Source: Parcubacteria group bacterium (lineage in GTDB: Bacteria; Patescibacteriota; Patescibacteriia; UBA2169). From it: a stretch of 63,828 bases of DNA. Position numbers and translations under genes: made by a program. Where the stretch lies: positions 1-63,828 of the forward strand of contig JACOYR010000002.1 in NCBI GenBank assembly GCA_016181765.1. The letters are read 5' to 3'. Shown here piece by piece: positions 1 to 7,801 of the stretch; position 1 is the first letter of the stretch; every line of letters begins with the position of its first letter. Under the pieces are notes generated by a model that saw nothing but the letters and a program-made list of their open reading frames with translations, was not told the DNA's origin and made no database searches.

Positions 1-24
1 AAACAAGGCTACGCTAGGAGTACT

Positions 25-1488
25 ATGGCCGATGTCAAAGAACTTCTAAAAATCATTGACGAGGAAAAACTGAAAGTGGACCGCGACCTCCTTCGCCTGG
101 CGTTTGAATTCGCGCAAGAAGCGCACCAAGGCAGAGCGCGCAAGAACGGGGAGCCCTACATCAACCACCCCTTTGAAACGGCAAAGACCCTGGCGCGGTA
201 TCATTTGGACCAGGACACCATCATCGCGGGACTCTTGCACGACGTGCCCGAAGACACGGACAAAACACTCGCGGAGGTGCGCAAAGAATTCGGCAAAGAC
301 GTGGCAGGCCTGGTGGAGGGCATCACCAAGCTCGGCAAATTGAAATACCGCGGCATTGAGCGGTACATAGAAAATCTGCGGAAAATGTTCGTTGCCATGG
401 CCTCGGACATCCGCGTCATCTTCATCAAATTCGCGGACCGCCTGCACAACCTAAAAACCTTGGACGCGCTGGAGCCCGAAAAGCGTGAGCGCATTGCGCG
501 CGAAACCCTGGAAATCTACGCCCCTATCGCAAACCGGCTCGGTATCTGGCAGCTCAAGGGCAAGCTTGAGGACCTCTCGTTCAAGCACCTCTACCCCGCG
601 GAGTACGAAAGCCTCAAGCAAGCGCTTGATAAAAATTTCAAAGAGCGCGACGAGGTGCTCAACGCCATGTGCGCGAGAATCGGAGCTGAACTCAAAAAAG
701 AACGCATGAAAGTCGTGGAAATTTCCGGCCGCACCAAGGACATGTGGAGCCTGTACAACAAGCTGCAGACCCACAACAACGAAATGCACCGCGTCCATGA
801 TATCATAGCGCTCCGCGTGGTGGTGCCCACCATTGCGGACTGCTACCGGACCCTGGGGATCATCCATAACCAGTGGAAGCCCCTGCCGAACCGGTTCAAG
901 GACTTCATTGCCCAGCCCAAGCCCAACGGCTACCAGTCCGTGCACACCACCATTTTCTGCGACCGCGGCAAAACCATTGAGGTGCAGATCAAAACCCCTG
1001 CCATGCACCACGCCGCGGAGTACGGCATTGCCGCGCACTGGCACTACGACGAGCGCGGCTCCATCAAGCTGGATAAGACATTAGACTGGGTGCAGGAGCT
1101 TTCCAAGTGGCAGCAGGAAATAAAAGACAGCGGCGAGTACCTGGATTCGCTCAAACTTGACGTGTTCGGGGACCGGATTTTCGTGTTCACCCCAAAGGGG
1201 GACGTGATTGATTTGCCCGAAAACTCAACGCCCGTTGATTTCGCGTACCACATCCACACCCAGATCGGCGACAAGGCCGGAGCGGCGCGCGTCAATAACC
1301 AGATGGCATCGCTTGATACGCCCTTAAAGAGCGGGGACATGGTTGAAATCATCGTGGAGCGCTCCCGAAAAGGCCCGAACCGCGACTGGCTCAAGTTCGT
1401 AAAAACACGGGCAGCGCGCGACAAGATCAAAGCAAAAGCGCCCCGGGGGCTCTGGGGAACCATCGCAAGCCTGCGGGAGAAGCGGTAA
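25..1488 (+). CDS. rel: RelA/SpoT-homolog (p)ppGpp synthetase/hydrolase, short form (HD + synthetase + TGS, no ACT-type tail)
   Basis: 487-aa ORF. HD-domain signature around HDVPEDT, RelA/SpoT synthetase core, and a TGS-like C-terminus (FVFTPKGDVIDLP...GDMVEI). AGGAG lies just upstream of the ATG. Confidence 0.9.
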   Translation: MADVKELLKIIDEEKLKVDRDLLRLAFEFAQEAHQGRARKNGEPYINHPFETAKTLARYHLDQDTIIAGLLHDVPEDTDKTLAEVRKEFGKDVAGLVEGITKLGKLKYRGIERYIENLRKMFVAMASDIRVIFIKFADRLHNLKTLDALEPEKRERIARETLEIYAPIANRLGIWQLKGKLEDLSFKHLYPAEYESLKQALDKNFKERDEVLNAMCARIGAELKKERMKVVEISGRTKDMWSLYNKLQTHNNEMHRVHDIIALRVVVPTIADCYRTLGIIHNQWKPLPNRFKDFIAQPKPNGYQSVHTTIFCDRGKTIEVQIKTPAMHHAAEYGIAAHWHYDERGSIKLDKTLDWVQELSKWQQEIKDSGEYLDSLKLDVFGDRIFVFTPKGDVIDLPENSTPVDFAYHIHTQIGDKAGAARVNNQMASLDTPLKSGDMVEIIVERSRKGPNRDWLKFVKTRAARDKIKAKAPRGLWGTIASLREKR

Positions 1489-1502
1489 TGCCGCGGCGTG
1501 GA

Positions 1503-1531
1503 TCCCTCGGGAATACTCGGGATAGGCTCAA
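1503..1531. repeat. Short repeat tccctcgggaatactcgggataggctc; its reverse complement recurs at 61815-61841
   Basis: Direct comparison shows about 27 nt shared with 1-2 mismatches. It sits inside a GCCGCGGC (1490-1497) / GCCGCGGC (1535-1542) stem between convergent rel and parB. Confidence 0.6.
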
Positions 1532-1552
1532 GCGGCCGCGGCGCTTTACGCG

Positions 1553-2506
1553 CTACTCCGCGGATTCATCCCCCATCAATTTCGCGACCAGGCCGGGGAG
1601 CTCCTTGGGATCGTAGAACTCAATGGCAATGACCCCCGTGTTTTTCCCTTTTCTGCCGATGGAAACGCGCGTGCCCAAAAGCTCGGTGAGCGCGCGCTCA
1701 TAGGCCTCTATGTTCGGGTCCTTGGACACGGTGCGCGTGTGCCGGTTCACCTCAACCTTGCGCGCCTCCTGGGTGGCGTCTATGATGGAGAGCCGTTCCG
1801 CGAGAATCTTTCTGAAGAGCGCCATGCGCTTTGCATCGTCATGCACCTCCAAAATGGCGCGGCCGTGCCCCGCGTTGATTTTGCGCTCGGAAAGCGCGAG
1901 CTGGATTTCCGAGGGCAGGCCCAGAAGCCGGAGGGCGTTGGAAATGAGCGGCCGGGTCTTGCCCATGCGGTCCGCAATCTGCTGGTGCGTTAACCCGAAC
2001 TCGTCGTTGAGCTTCTGGTAAGATTCCGCCTCCTCAATGGGGTTTAGGTCCGAGCGCTGGATATTCTCAATAAGCGCAATCTCCAAGCGCTCAAGCTCGC
2101 CTGACTTGCGGATGATGGCGGGCACGGTTTTCAAGCCCCCAAGCTTTGAGGCGCGCAAGCGCCGTTCCCCGGCAATCAGCTCATACTGGCCGCTCGCATC
2201 CCGCACCACAACGAGCGGCTGGATGATGCCGTGCTCACGAATGGACTGGGCCAGGCGTTCCAATTCTTCCTGGTTAAAATGCTTGCGCGGCTGGTGCCGG
2301 TTGGAAACGATTGCTCCAACCGGAATTTCAACAACAGCTGATTGCGCGGCTCCCGCTTCAACTGAAGCGTCGCCGACGACGTGCTGGTTCGCAAGCGTCT
2401 GGAGAGCAGCCTTTGATTTGCTCGGAATGAGCGAGCCCAAGCCCCGCCCGAGCCCGTGGTTTTGTTTTTTCATAGATGATAGGGAGGGGCCATATGACCC
2501 CGACAC
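1553..2506 (-). CDS. parB: Chromosome partitioning protein ParB
   Basis: GLGRGLGSL N-terminus, the IAGERRLRA ParB box, and an HTH region. A GTG start abuts the parA stop. An alternative ATG at 2473 gives MKKQNHGLGRGL. Confidence 0.9.
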   Translation of the reverse strand: MSGSYGPSLSSMKKQNHGLGRGLGSLIPSKSKAALQTLANQHVVGDASVEAGAAQSAVVEIPVGAIVSNRHQPRKHFNQEELERLAQSIREHGIIQPLVVVRDASGQYELIAGERRLRASKLGGLKTVPAIIRKSGELERLEIALIENIQRSDLNPIEEAESYQKLNDEFGLTHQQIADRMGKTRPLISNALRLLGLPSEIQLALSERKINAGHGRAILEVHDDAKRMALFRKILAERLSIIDATQEARKVEVNRHTRTVSKDPNIEAYERALTELLGTRVSIGRKGKNTGVIAIEFYDPKELPGLVAKLMGDESAE

Positions 2507-3277
2507 TTAAAAGTGCGCATGCAGTTCCAGAATCTCCCGGGCCAGGCGCTCGTACGCCTTAGCGCCCTTTGAGCCGGGGTCATAGTGCAGAATTGATTTG
2601 CCGAATGAGGGCGCTTCCGTGAGCCGCACGTTGCGCGGAATCACGCTGCGGAAAATCTTGTCCGGAAAGTACTGGTACAACTCATGCATCACCTGCTCCG
2701 AGAGCTTCTGGCGCGAGTCGTACATGGTGAGCACCGCTCCCAGCACTTTGACTTCGGGCTTGATGTTCTCCTGGATCAGGCTGATGGTGTTCATGAGCTG
2801 CCCCAGGCCCTCCAAGGCAAAGTACTCTGCCTGCACGGGTATGAGAATTTCGTCTGCCGCAACCAGGCCGTTGATGGTGAGAAGCCCCAGGCTGGGCGGA
2901 GAATCAATGATGATGTAGTCAAACTCGTGGCGCACCTGGTCTATCACGTCCAATAATCTGAATTCCCTGCGGTCCACGTTCACGAGTTCAACCGAGGCTC
3001 CGGCGAGCGCGTTCGTGGCCGGGGCCACCTTGAGGCCGTCCAGATCATGGGCCTGGATGATGGAGCGCAGATCCGTTTCCCCGCTCAACACCTCGTACAA
3101 TCCCCGTTCCAGCTCTTTGTGCTCAATGCCAATGCCGCTCGTGGCGTTTGCCTGGGGATCAAGGTCAACAAGCAGCACGTATTTCCCTAAAGCCGCAAGG
3201 TACACCGCCAAGTTAATGGACGTGGTTGTCTTGCCGACCCCGCCTTTCTGGTTAATGACCGAAATGACACGTGCCAT
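2507..3277 (-). CDS. parA: ParA/Soj partitioning ATPase
   Basis: Deviant Walker A NQKGGVGKTT directly after MARVISV. The ORF-track start at 3313 adds 12 unlikely residues. Confidence 0.9.
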   Translation of the reverse strand: MARVISVINQKGGVGKTTTSINLAVYLAALGKYVLLVDLDPQANATSGIGIEHKELERGLYEVLSGETDLRSIIQAHDLDGLKVAPATNALAGASVELVNVDRREFRLLDVIDQVRHEFDYIIIDSPPSLGLLTINGLVAADEILIPVQAEYFALEGLGQLMNTISLIQENIKPEVKVLGAVLTMYDSRQKLSEQVMHELYQYFPDKIFRSVIPRNVRLTEAPSFGKSILHYDPGSKGAKAYERLAREILELHAHF

Positions 3278-3306
3278 ATCGGATATTATACAATGAACGA
3301 GATGCT

Positions 3307-3335
3307 TTGACAATGCGGGGTGATTGGTTTAAAAT
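3307..3335 (+). promoter_or_regulatory. Sigma70-like promoter for tRNA-Leu and the CYTH gene
   Basis: TTGACA (3307-3312), 17-nt spacer, TAAAAT (3330-3335). Confidence 0.5.
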
Positions 3336-3353
3336 CTAAACGTCCCCTGTATT

Positions 3354-3392
3354 CCCCCTCCTCGTATTGAGGAGGGGGCAAGGGGGTGGTTA
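3354..3392. repeat. G-rich hairpin repeat, copy 1 (CCCCCTCCTC-gtatt-GAGGAGGGGG then cAAGGGGGTGGTTa)
   Basis: A perfect 10-bp stem followed by an AAGGGGTGGTT tail. The same architecture occurs at 7293-7330, 36397-36435 and 61801-61860. Confidence 0.8.
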
Positions 3393-3398
3393 AAACAA

Positions 3399-3485
3399 GC
3401 CGGAGTGATGTAACTGGTAAACATGCACGACTCAAAATCGTGTGACCGCAAGGTCGTGAGGGTTCGACTCCCTCCTCCGGCACCA
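3399..3485 (+). tRNA. tRNA-Leu (anticodon CAA), class II, CCA encoded
   Basis: Hand-folded, 87 nt. Acceptor GCCGGAG/CTCCGGC, anticodon loop CTCAAAA, 15-nt variable arm (GACC-GCAA-GGTC), T arm GAGGG-TTCGACT-CCCTC. Confidence 0.9.
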
Positions 3486-3500
3486 TATTTGACGGTACCC

Positions 3501-4079
3501 ATGAAAAACGAAGTTGAGGCAACGTTTCTCTCGGTCAATAGAGATGCGGTGCGGAATAAACTTAAGGCAGCCGGGTTTGAGTTAAAAACTCCGGAGTATG
3601 TGATGCGCAGAAAAACCTTTGATTTTTCCCGCGTTGCGCCGGGAAAGAACAAGTGGGGGCGCGTCCGCCAGGAATCCGACAAAGTTACCGTGACGATTAA
3701 AGAAATCCGCGGCTCGGGCATCAACGATGTGTATGAAGTTGAGCTTGTGGTCAATGACTTTGATACTGCGGTATCCTTTTTTGAAGCATGTGGCGTTCCT
3801 GTAAAATCATTCCAGGAAAATATGCGCGAAGTGTGGAAGCGCAATGGGGTGGAGGTCATGATTGACACGTGGCCCGGGCTGAATCCATTTGTGGAAATTG
3901 AAGGGGCAGATGAAACAGTCGTGCGAGAAACATCCAAGGAACTAGGATTTGATTTTGAGCAAGGGGTTTTTGGCAGTGTTGATCTGATATACGAAAAAGA
4001 GCTTGGCATACCGACCAAGGCCATTGACCGCATGCCGGAAATCACCTTTGCGCATCCGCCAAAAAAAAACGCCGCATGA
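3501..4079 (+). CDS. CYTH-domain protein (CyaB-like class IV adenylyl cyclase / triphosphatase family)
   Basis: The N-terminal EVEATF matches the ExExK-type CYTH start, and the size and strand pattern (..VTIKE.., YEVELVV, FVEIEG) fit. The ATG at 3501 lies after the tRNA; the longer ORF overlaps the tRNA. Confidence 0.65.
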   Translation: MKNEVEATFLSVNRDAVRNKLKAAGFELKTPEYVMRRKTFDFSRVAPGKNKWGRVRQESDKVTVTIKEIRGSGINDVYEVELVVNDFDTAVSFFEACGVPVKSFQENMREVWKRNGVEVMIDTWPGLNPFVEIEGADETVVRETSKELGFDFEQGVFGSVDLIYEKELGIPTKAIDRMPEITFAHPPKKNAA

Positions 4080-4109
4080 GGCAACAATAACAGCGCCGCG
4101 TACCTGTAC

Positions 4110-4144
4110 AAAAAACACCTGGCCGATTCGGCCAGGTGTTTTTT
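4110..4144. terminator. Bidirectional intrinsic terminator
   Basis: ACACCTGGCCG-att-CGGCCAGGTGT stem (4115-4139) flanked by an A-run and a T-run. Confidence 0.65.
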
Positions 4145-4218
4145 GGTAGCGGGGGAGGGATTCGAACCCTCAACCTCCAGGTTATGGGCCTGGCGAGCTG
4201 CCATTGCTCTACCCCGCG
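4144..4218 (-). tRNA. tRNA-Met (CAT), initiator-like
   Basis: Hand-folded, 75 nt. C1/U72 is unpaired, A11:U24 is present, and G30-G31:C39-C40 pair in the anticodon stem. Anticodon loop is CCCAUAA. CCA encoded. Confidence 0.85.
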
Positions 4219-4221
4219 TCG

Positions 4222-4298
4222 TGGTAGCGGGGGTCGGGATCGAACCGACGACCTGAGGCTTATGAGTCCTCCGCTCTAACCAACTGAGCTACCCCGCC
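4222..4298 (-). tRNA. tRNA with CAT anticodon, elongator type (Met, or Ile2 if lysidinylated)
   Basis: Hand-folded, 77 nt. G1-U72 paired, C11:G24, anticodon loop CTCATAA, CCA encoded. Confidence 0.85.
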
Positions 4299-4354
4299 GT
4301 AAATGTACCTCTATACATATACCACAGCCTATTTAAAAAATCAAGCATTCCTGG

Positions 4355-4360
4355 TATACT
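4355..4360 (+). promoter_or_regulatory. -10 box TATACT, 8 nt upstream of the ATG at 4369 (leaderless-type)
   Basis: TATACT-aggcacat-ATG, with a weak -35 TTAAAA 16 nt upstream. Confidence 0.4.
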
Positions 4361-4368
4361 AGGCACAT

Positions 4369-4833
4369 ATGTACATCACGGTCCACGCGGCAGCCGGAGC
4401 CGCACTCGGCACATTCACGGCACATCCGCTCTTCGCGTTCATCGCGGGATTCATTTCCCACCTCGTGCTGGACATGATTCCGCACGGAGACGAGACCATC
4501 AAAAAATGGAAACTCTTCAGGACCGTGCGGCTGCGCATTGCCGCGGCCGCCTTGCTTGACCTTATCGGCGTGGTGCTCTCACTCCTGTTTTTAGTAAACA
4601 ACGCGGATTTGCGATTCCTGCCCGGCATGCTCGCCGGCATGGCAGGCGGAATTGCGCCGGACGCCCTGTGGGGATTCCACGAGCTTACGGGCACGCCCCT
4701 CCTCAATGCGTACCGCGCATGGCACAGCAAGGGGCACGATTTCATCACCACAAAAAAAATCACTCTGTTCCAGGGATTCCTGGTGCAGCTTCCGCTCCTC
4801 GCAGTGTTCCTCTGGTTTGCTGTTTCCCGCTAG
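4369..4833 (+). CDS. Integral membrane protein, YdjM/DUF457-like putative metal-dependent hydrolase
   Basis: 154 aa with several hydrophobic helices and an [12 protein letters not shown] motif. Confidence 0.5.
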   Translation: MYITVHAAAGAALGTFTAHPLFAFIAGFISHLVLDMIPHGDETIKKWKLFRTVRLRIAAAALLDLIGVVLSLLFLVNNADLRFLPGMLAGMAGGIAPDALWGFHELTGTPLLNAYRAWHSKGHDFITTKKITLFQGFLVQLPLLAVFLWFAVSR

Positions 4834-5924
4834 GAGCGGTAGTTGGGCGCCTCTTTGGTGATCTGGATATTGTGCGGGTGCGATTCGCGCGTTCCCGCAG
4901 ACGTAACTTTGATGAACTCCGCTTTTTGGTGGAGTTCATTGATGTTGGCCGCGCCCAGGTACCCCATGCCGCTCCGGATGCCGCCCGCGAGCTGGTGCAC
5001 CACGTCTTTTAAGCGCCCGCGGTACGGAATCACGCCCTCAATGCCTTCGGGAACCAATTTTGACTTCTCGCGCACCTTGCCCTGGCCGTACCGATCCGCC
5101 GACCCCCCTCCCATGGCGCCCATGGAACCCATGCCGCGGTAGGATTTGTACTGCTTCCCGTCCACTTCAATAATTTCCCCGGGGGCTTCGGCCGTGCCCG
5201 CGAACAAGCTGCCGAGCATTACGCAGTCAGCCCCGGCGCCGAGCGCTTTGATAATATCTCCCGAATACTTGATGCCGCCATCCGCAATCACGGGCACGTC
5301 CTTGTTTTTGCCGCGGCCGCGCGCTACTTCAATGATTGCGGTGATCTGCGGCACCCCGATTCCCGCCACAATGCGCGTGGTGCAAATAGACCCCGGTCCC
5401 ATGCCCACCTTGATGGCGTCAGCCCCTGCTTTGATGAGAGCTCGGGCTGCTTCTGCGGTTGCGATGTTGCCGGCAATGACATCAATCCCTCTAAACGCTT
5501 TGTCCGCTTTGAGGGCGCGAACCATCTCAATCACGCCCAAGGAGTGCCCGTGTGCCGTATCAACCACAATCACATCAACTTTAGCTTTTGCCAGCTCCCG
5601 CGCGCGGGAGAGCGCATTCTCTCCGGCACCGATCGCGGCCCCAACCAAATAAGGGCGTGATTTTGTTCCGGCCCGTTTGGCGCGCTTCACCTCAAGCGCC
5701 TGGTCGTGAATGGAGAGGTTGCGGTGGATGATGCCCATGCCCCCGAGCCGCGCAAGCTCAATGGCGAGCCTGGATTCGGTCACCGTGTCCATGGGCGCGC
5801 TCAAGAGCGGAATGGCTGCCCCTATATTTCTGGAAATCCGCGCGGAAAGGCTCGCAGACGCGGGCAAAATCTCCGAATACCGGGGCAGGAGGAGCACGTC
5901 ATCAAAGGTTAACGCCTCTTTCAT
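4830..5924 (-). CDS. guaB: IMP dehydrogenase, short form without the CBS/Bateman insert
   Basis: [12 protein letters not shown]-terminus, catalytic GSICTT, C-terminal [14 protein letters not shown]. At 364 aa, a short linker replaces the CBS pair. Confidence 0.9.
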   Translation of the reverse strand: MKEALTFDDVLLLPRYSEILPASASLSARISRNIGAAIPLLSAPMDTVTESRLAIELARLGGMGIIHRNLSIHDQALEVKRAKRAGTKSRPYLVGAAIGAGENALSRARELAKAKVDVIVVDTAHGHSLGVIEMVRALKADKAFRGIDVIAGNIATAEAARALIKAGADAIKVGMGPGSICTTRIVAGIGVPQITAIIEVARGRGKNKDVPVIADGGIKYSGDIIKALGAGADCVMLGSLFAGTAEAPGEIIEVDGKQYKSYRGMGSMGAMGGGSADRYGQGKVREKSKLVPEGIEGVIPYRGRLKDVVHQLAGGIRSGMGYLGAANINELHQKAEFIKVTSAGTRESHPHNIQITKEAPNYRS

Positions 5925-5928
5925 ATGG

Positions 5929-5941
5929 TGCTATACTAGCA
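5929..5941. promoter_or_regulatory. Palindrome TGCTATACTAGCA holding overlapping divergent -10 boxes for guaA and guaB
   Basis: TATACT (5932-5937) lies 8 nt from the guaA ATG. TAGTAT on the other strand (5933-5938) lies 8 nt from the guaB ATG. Confidence 0.45.
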
Positions 5942-5945
5942 TCCT

Positions 5946-7760
5946 ATGAAGCACATTGCAATTATTGATTTCGGGTCCCAGTACGCGCACCTGATTGCCC
6001 GCAGAATCCGTGAACTGGGGGTACTCTCCAAGATATACCCGTCCGACATTTCCGCCCAAGAACTCAAGGACGATGTGATCGGGATCATTCTTTCCGGAGG
6101 GCCGCAGTCCGTGTATGGCTCTGCGTCCCCAAAAGTTGATGCCGCGATTTTTGATTTGGGAGTTCCGGTCCTGGGCCTGTGCTACGGCCACCAGCTCATG
6201 GCGCACATACTTGGCGGCGCGGTTGCGCCGGGAGCGGTGCGCGAGTACGGCAGGGCGCATGTTGCTGTGCATGATGCGCAGACCCTTCTTTCCGGCGTGC
6301 CTTCGTCAACGGTGTGGATGAGCCACGGGGACTCAGTGACAAAACTTCCGGAAGGATTTGCCGCAATCGGCGAAACATCCGACTGCCCCATTGCCGCCAT
6401 GGCGAACCCTGAAAAAAATTTTTACGGCCTGCAGTTCCACCCGGAAGTGCGCCACACGGAGCACGGCGTCGCGATACTGAAAAATTTCGTGTACGCAATC
6501 TGCCGCGCCGAAAAAAACTGGAACGTGGAAAACATGATAGACGGCATCATCGCAGCCATCAAAAAAACGGTTGGATCAAGGAACGTGTTTCTCCTGGTTT
6601 CGGGGGGCGTTGACTCAAGCGTTGCGTTCGCGTTGCTCACCAGAGCATTGGGCAAGGAGCGCGTGTATGGCTTGTACATTGATACGGGCTTCATGCGCTT
6701 AAACGAATCAGAAGAAATCCAAGCAAGCCTCAAAAAAGCGGGATTTGAGAATCTGCATGTGCTTGATGCGCGCGAAACGTTCTATGAACGGCTGAAAGGC
6801 GTCTGCGGCCCGGAAGAAAAACGAAAAATCATAGGGCAAACGTTTCTTGACGTAAAAGACCGGGCTGCGGAAAAACTGAACTTGAATCCGGATGAATGGA
6901 TGCTGGGCCAGGGAACGATCTACCCTGATACCATTGAGACGGGCGGCACAAAGCACGCAGACACCATCAAGACGCACCACAACCGCGTGGACGCGGTCCA
7001 GAAGCTCCTTTCCGAGGGGAAAGTGATTGAACCCATTGCGGACTTTTACAAAGATGAGGTGCGCGCCATTGGCGCGCTCCTCGGGCTTCCGCATGGCATG
7101 ATTAACCGGCACCCCTTTCCCGGGCCCGGACTCGCCATCCGCATCTTATGCCATAATGCGCTCCCACGCGATGATAAGATTGCTTCGCCTGCGGCTCGCA
7201 ATGACACGTATGACGTCCTGCCCATCCAGTCCGTTGGCGTGCAGGGCGACAACCGGACCTATGCGCACCCCGCTGTTTTGACCGCATCAAATCCCCCCCT
7301 GCCCGAGGGGGGGACAAAGGGGGGGTGGGAGTGGGAAGAGCTTGACGCAATCGCAAGCGCAATCACCAACAAAGAAAAAACAATCAACCGCGTGCTCCTA
7401 CTTCTGAACCCGGCCGGCGAATCCGTGTTCCGGCTTCCGAACGAAGCGCGCACCCTGACTCCGAACCGCACTAAGCTGCTGCAAAAAATTGACGCAATCG
7501 TGCACCAGGAAATAACAGATGCCGGGCTGTATGATGACATCTGGCAGTTTCCGGTAGCGCTTATCCCTGTGGGACACAAACACTTTGAATCAATCATCCT
7601 GCGGCCCGTGGAAAGCCAGGAGGCCATGACCGCGCGTTTTTACCGCATGCCCCAAGCGGTGCTCGCCCGCATCACCGAAAAAATCCTCGCAACTGGAACA
7701 GTTGATTACATCTTCTACGACATCACCAACAAGCCCCCCGGAACCATTGAGTGGGAGTGA
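5946..7760 (+). CDS. guaA: GMP synthase (glutamine-hydrolysing), long form
   Basis: GATase domain (GLCYGHQL), ATP-PPase P-loop SGGVDSS, RHPFPGPGLAIR, C-terminal KPPGTIEWE. It is 604 aa with a rearranged, extended C-terminal domain. Confidence 0.92.
   Translation: MKHIAIIDFGSQYAHLIARRIRELGVLSKIYPSDISAQELKDDVIGIILSGGPQSVYGSASPKVDAAIFDLGVPVLGLCYGHQLMAHILGGAVAPGAVREYGRAHVAVHDAQTLLSGVPSSTVWMSHGDSVTKLPEGFAAIGETSDCPIAAMANPEKNFYGLQFHPEVRHTEHGVAILKNFVYAICRAEKNWNVENMIDGIIAAIKKTVGSRNVFLLVSGGVDSSVAFALLTRALGKERVYGLYIDTGFMRLNESEEIQASLKKAGFENLHVLDARETFYERLKGVCGPEEKRKIIGQTFLDVKDRAAEKLNLNPDEWMLGQGTIYPDTIETGGTKHADTIKTHHNRVDAVQKLLSEGKVIEPIADFYKDEVRAIGALLGLPHGMINRHPFPGPGLAIRILCHNALPRDDKIASPAARNDTYDVLPIQSVGVQGDNRTYAHPAVLTASNPPLPEGGTKGGWEWEELDAIASAITNKEKTINRVLLLLNPAGESVFRLPNEARTLTPNRTKLLQKIDAIVHQEITDAGLYDDIWQFPVALIPVGHKHFESIILRPVESQEAMTARFYRMPQAVLARITEKILATGTVDYIFYDITNKPPGTIEWE
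7293..7330. repeat. G-rich hairpin repeat, copy 2, in frame inside guaA
   Basis: CCCCCCCT-gcccga-GGGGGGGAC-aaa-GGGGGGGTGG, translated as NPPLPEGGTKGGWEW. Confidence 0.7.
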
Positions 7761-7762
7761 TT

Positions 7763-7791
7763 TTGACATTTATCCCACTGCCCTGTATCAT
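7763..7791 (+). promoter_or_regulatory. Promoter for the amidohydrolase gene
   Basis: TTGACA (7763-7768), 17 nt, TATCAT (7786-7791), then 10 nt to the ATG at 7802. Confidence 0.5.
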
Positions 7792-7801
7792 CTAAGAAAC
7801 C

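Noticed and set aside
3399-3485. Possible tRNA-Sec (UCA occurs in the anticodon loop string CTCAAAA)
   Set aside because: With the 5-bp anticodon stem CACGA/TCGTG, positions 34-36 are CAA. The acceptor is 7 bp, not the 8 bp typical of tRNA-Sec. The class II variable arm fits Leu.
3329-4204. 291-aa minus-strand ORF
   Set aside because: It runs through tRNA-Leu, the CYTH gene and the initiator-like tRNA, so it is a shadow ORF.
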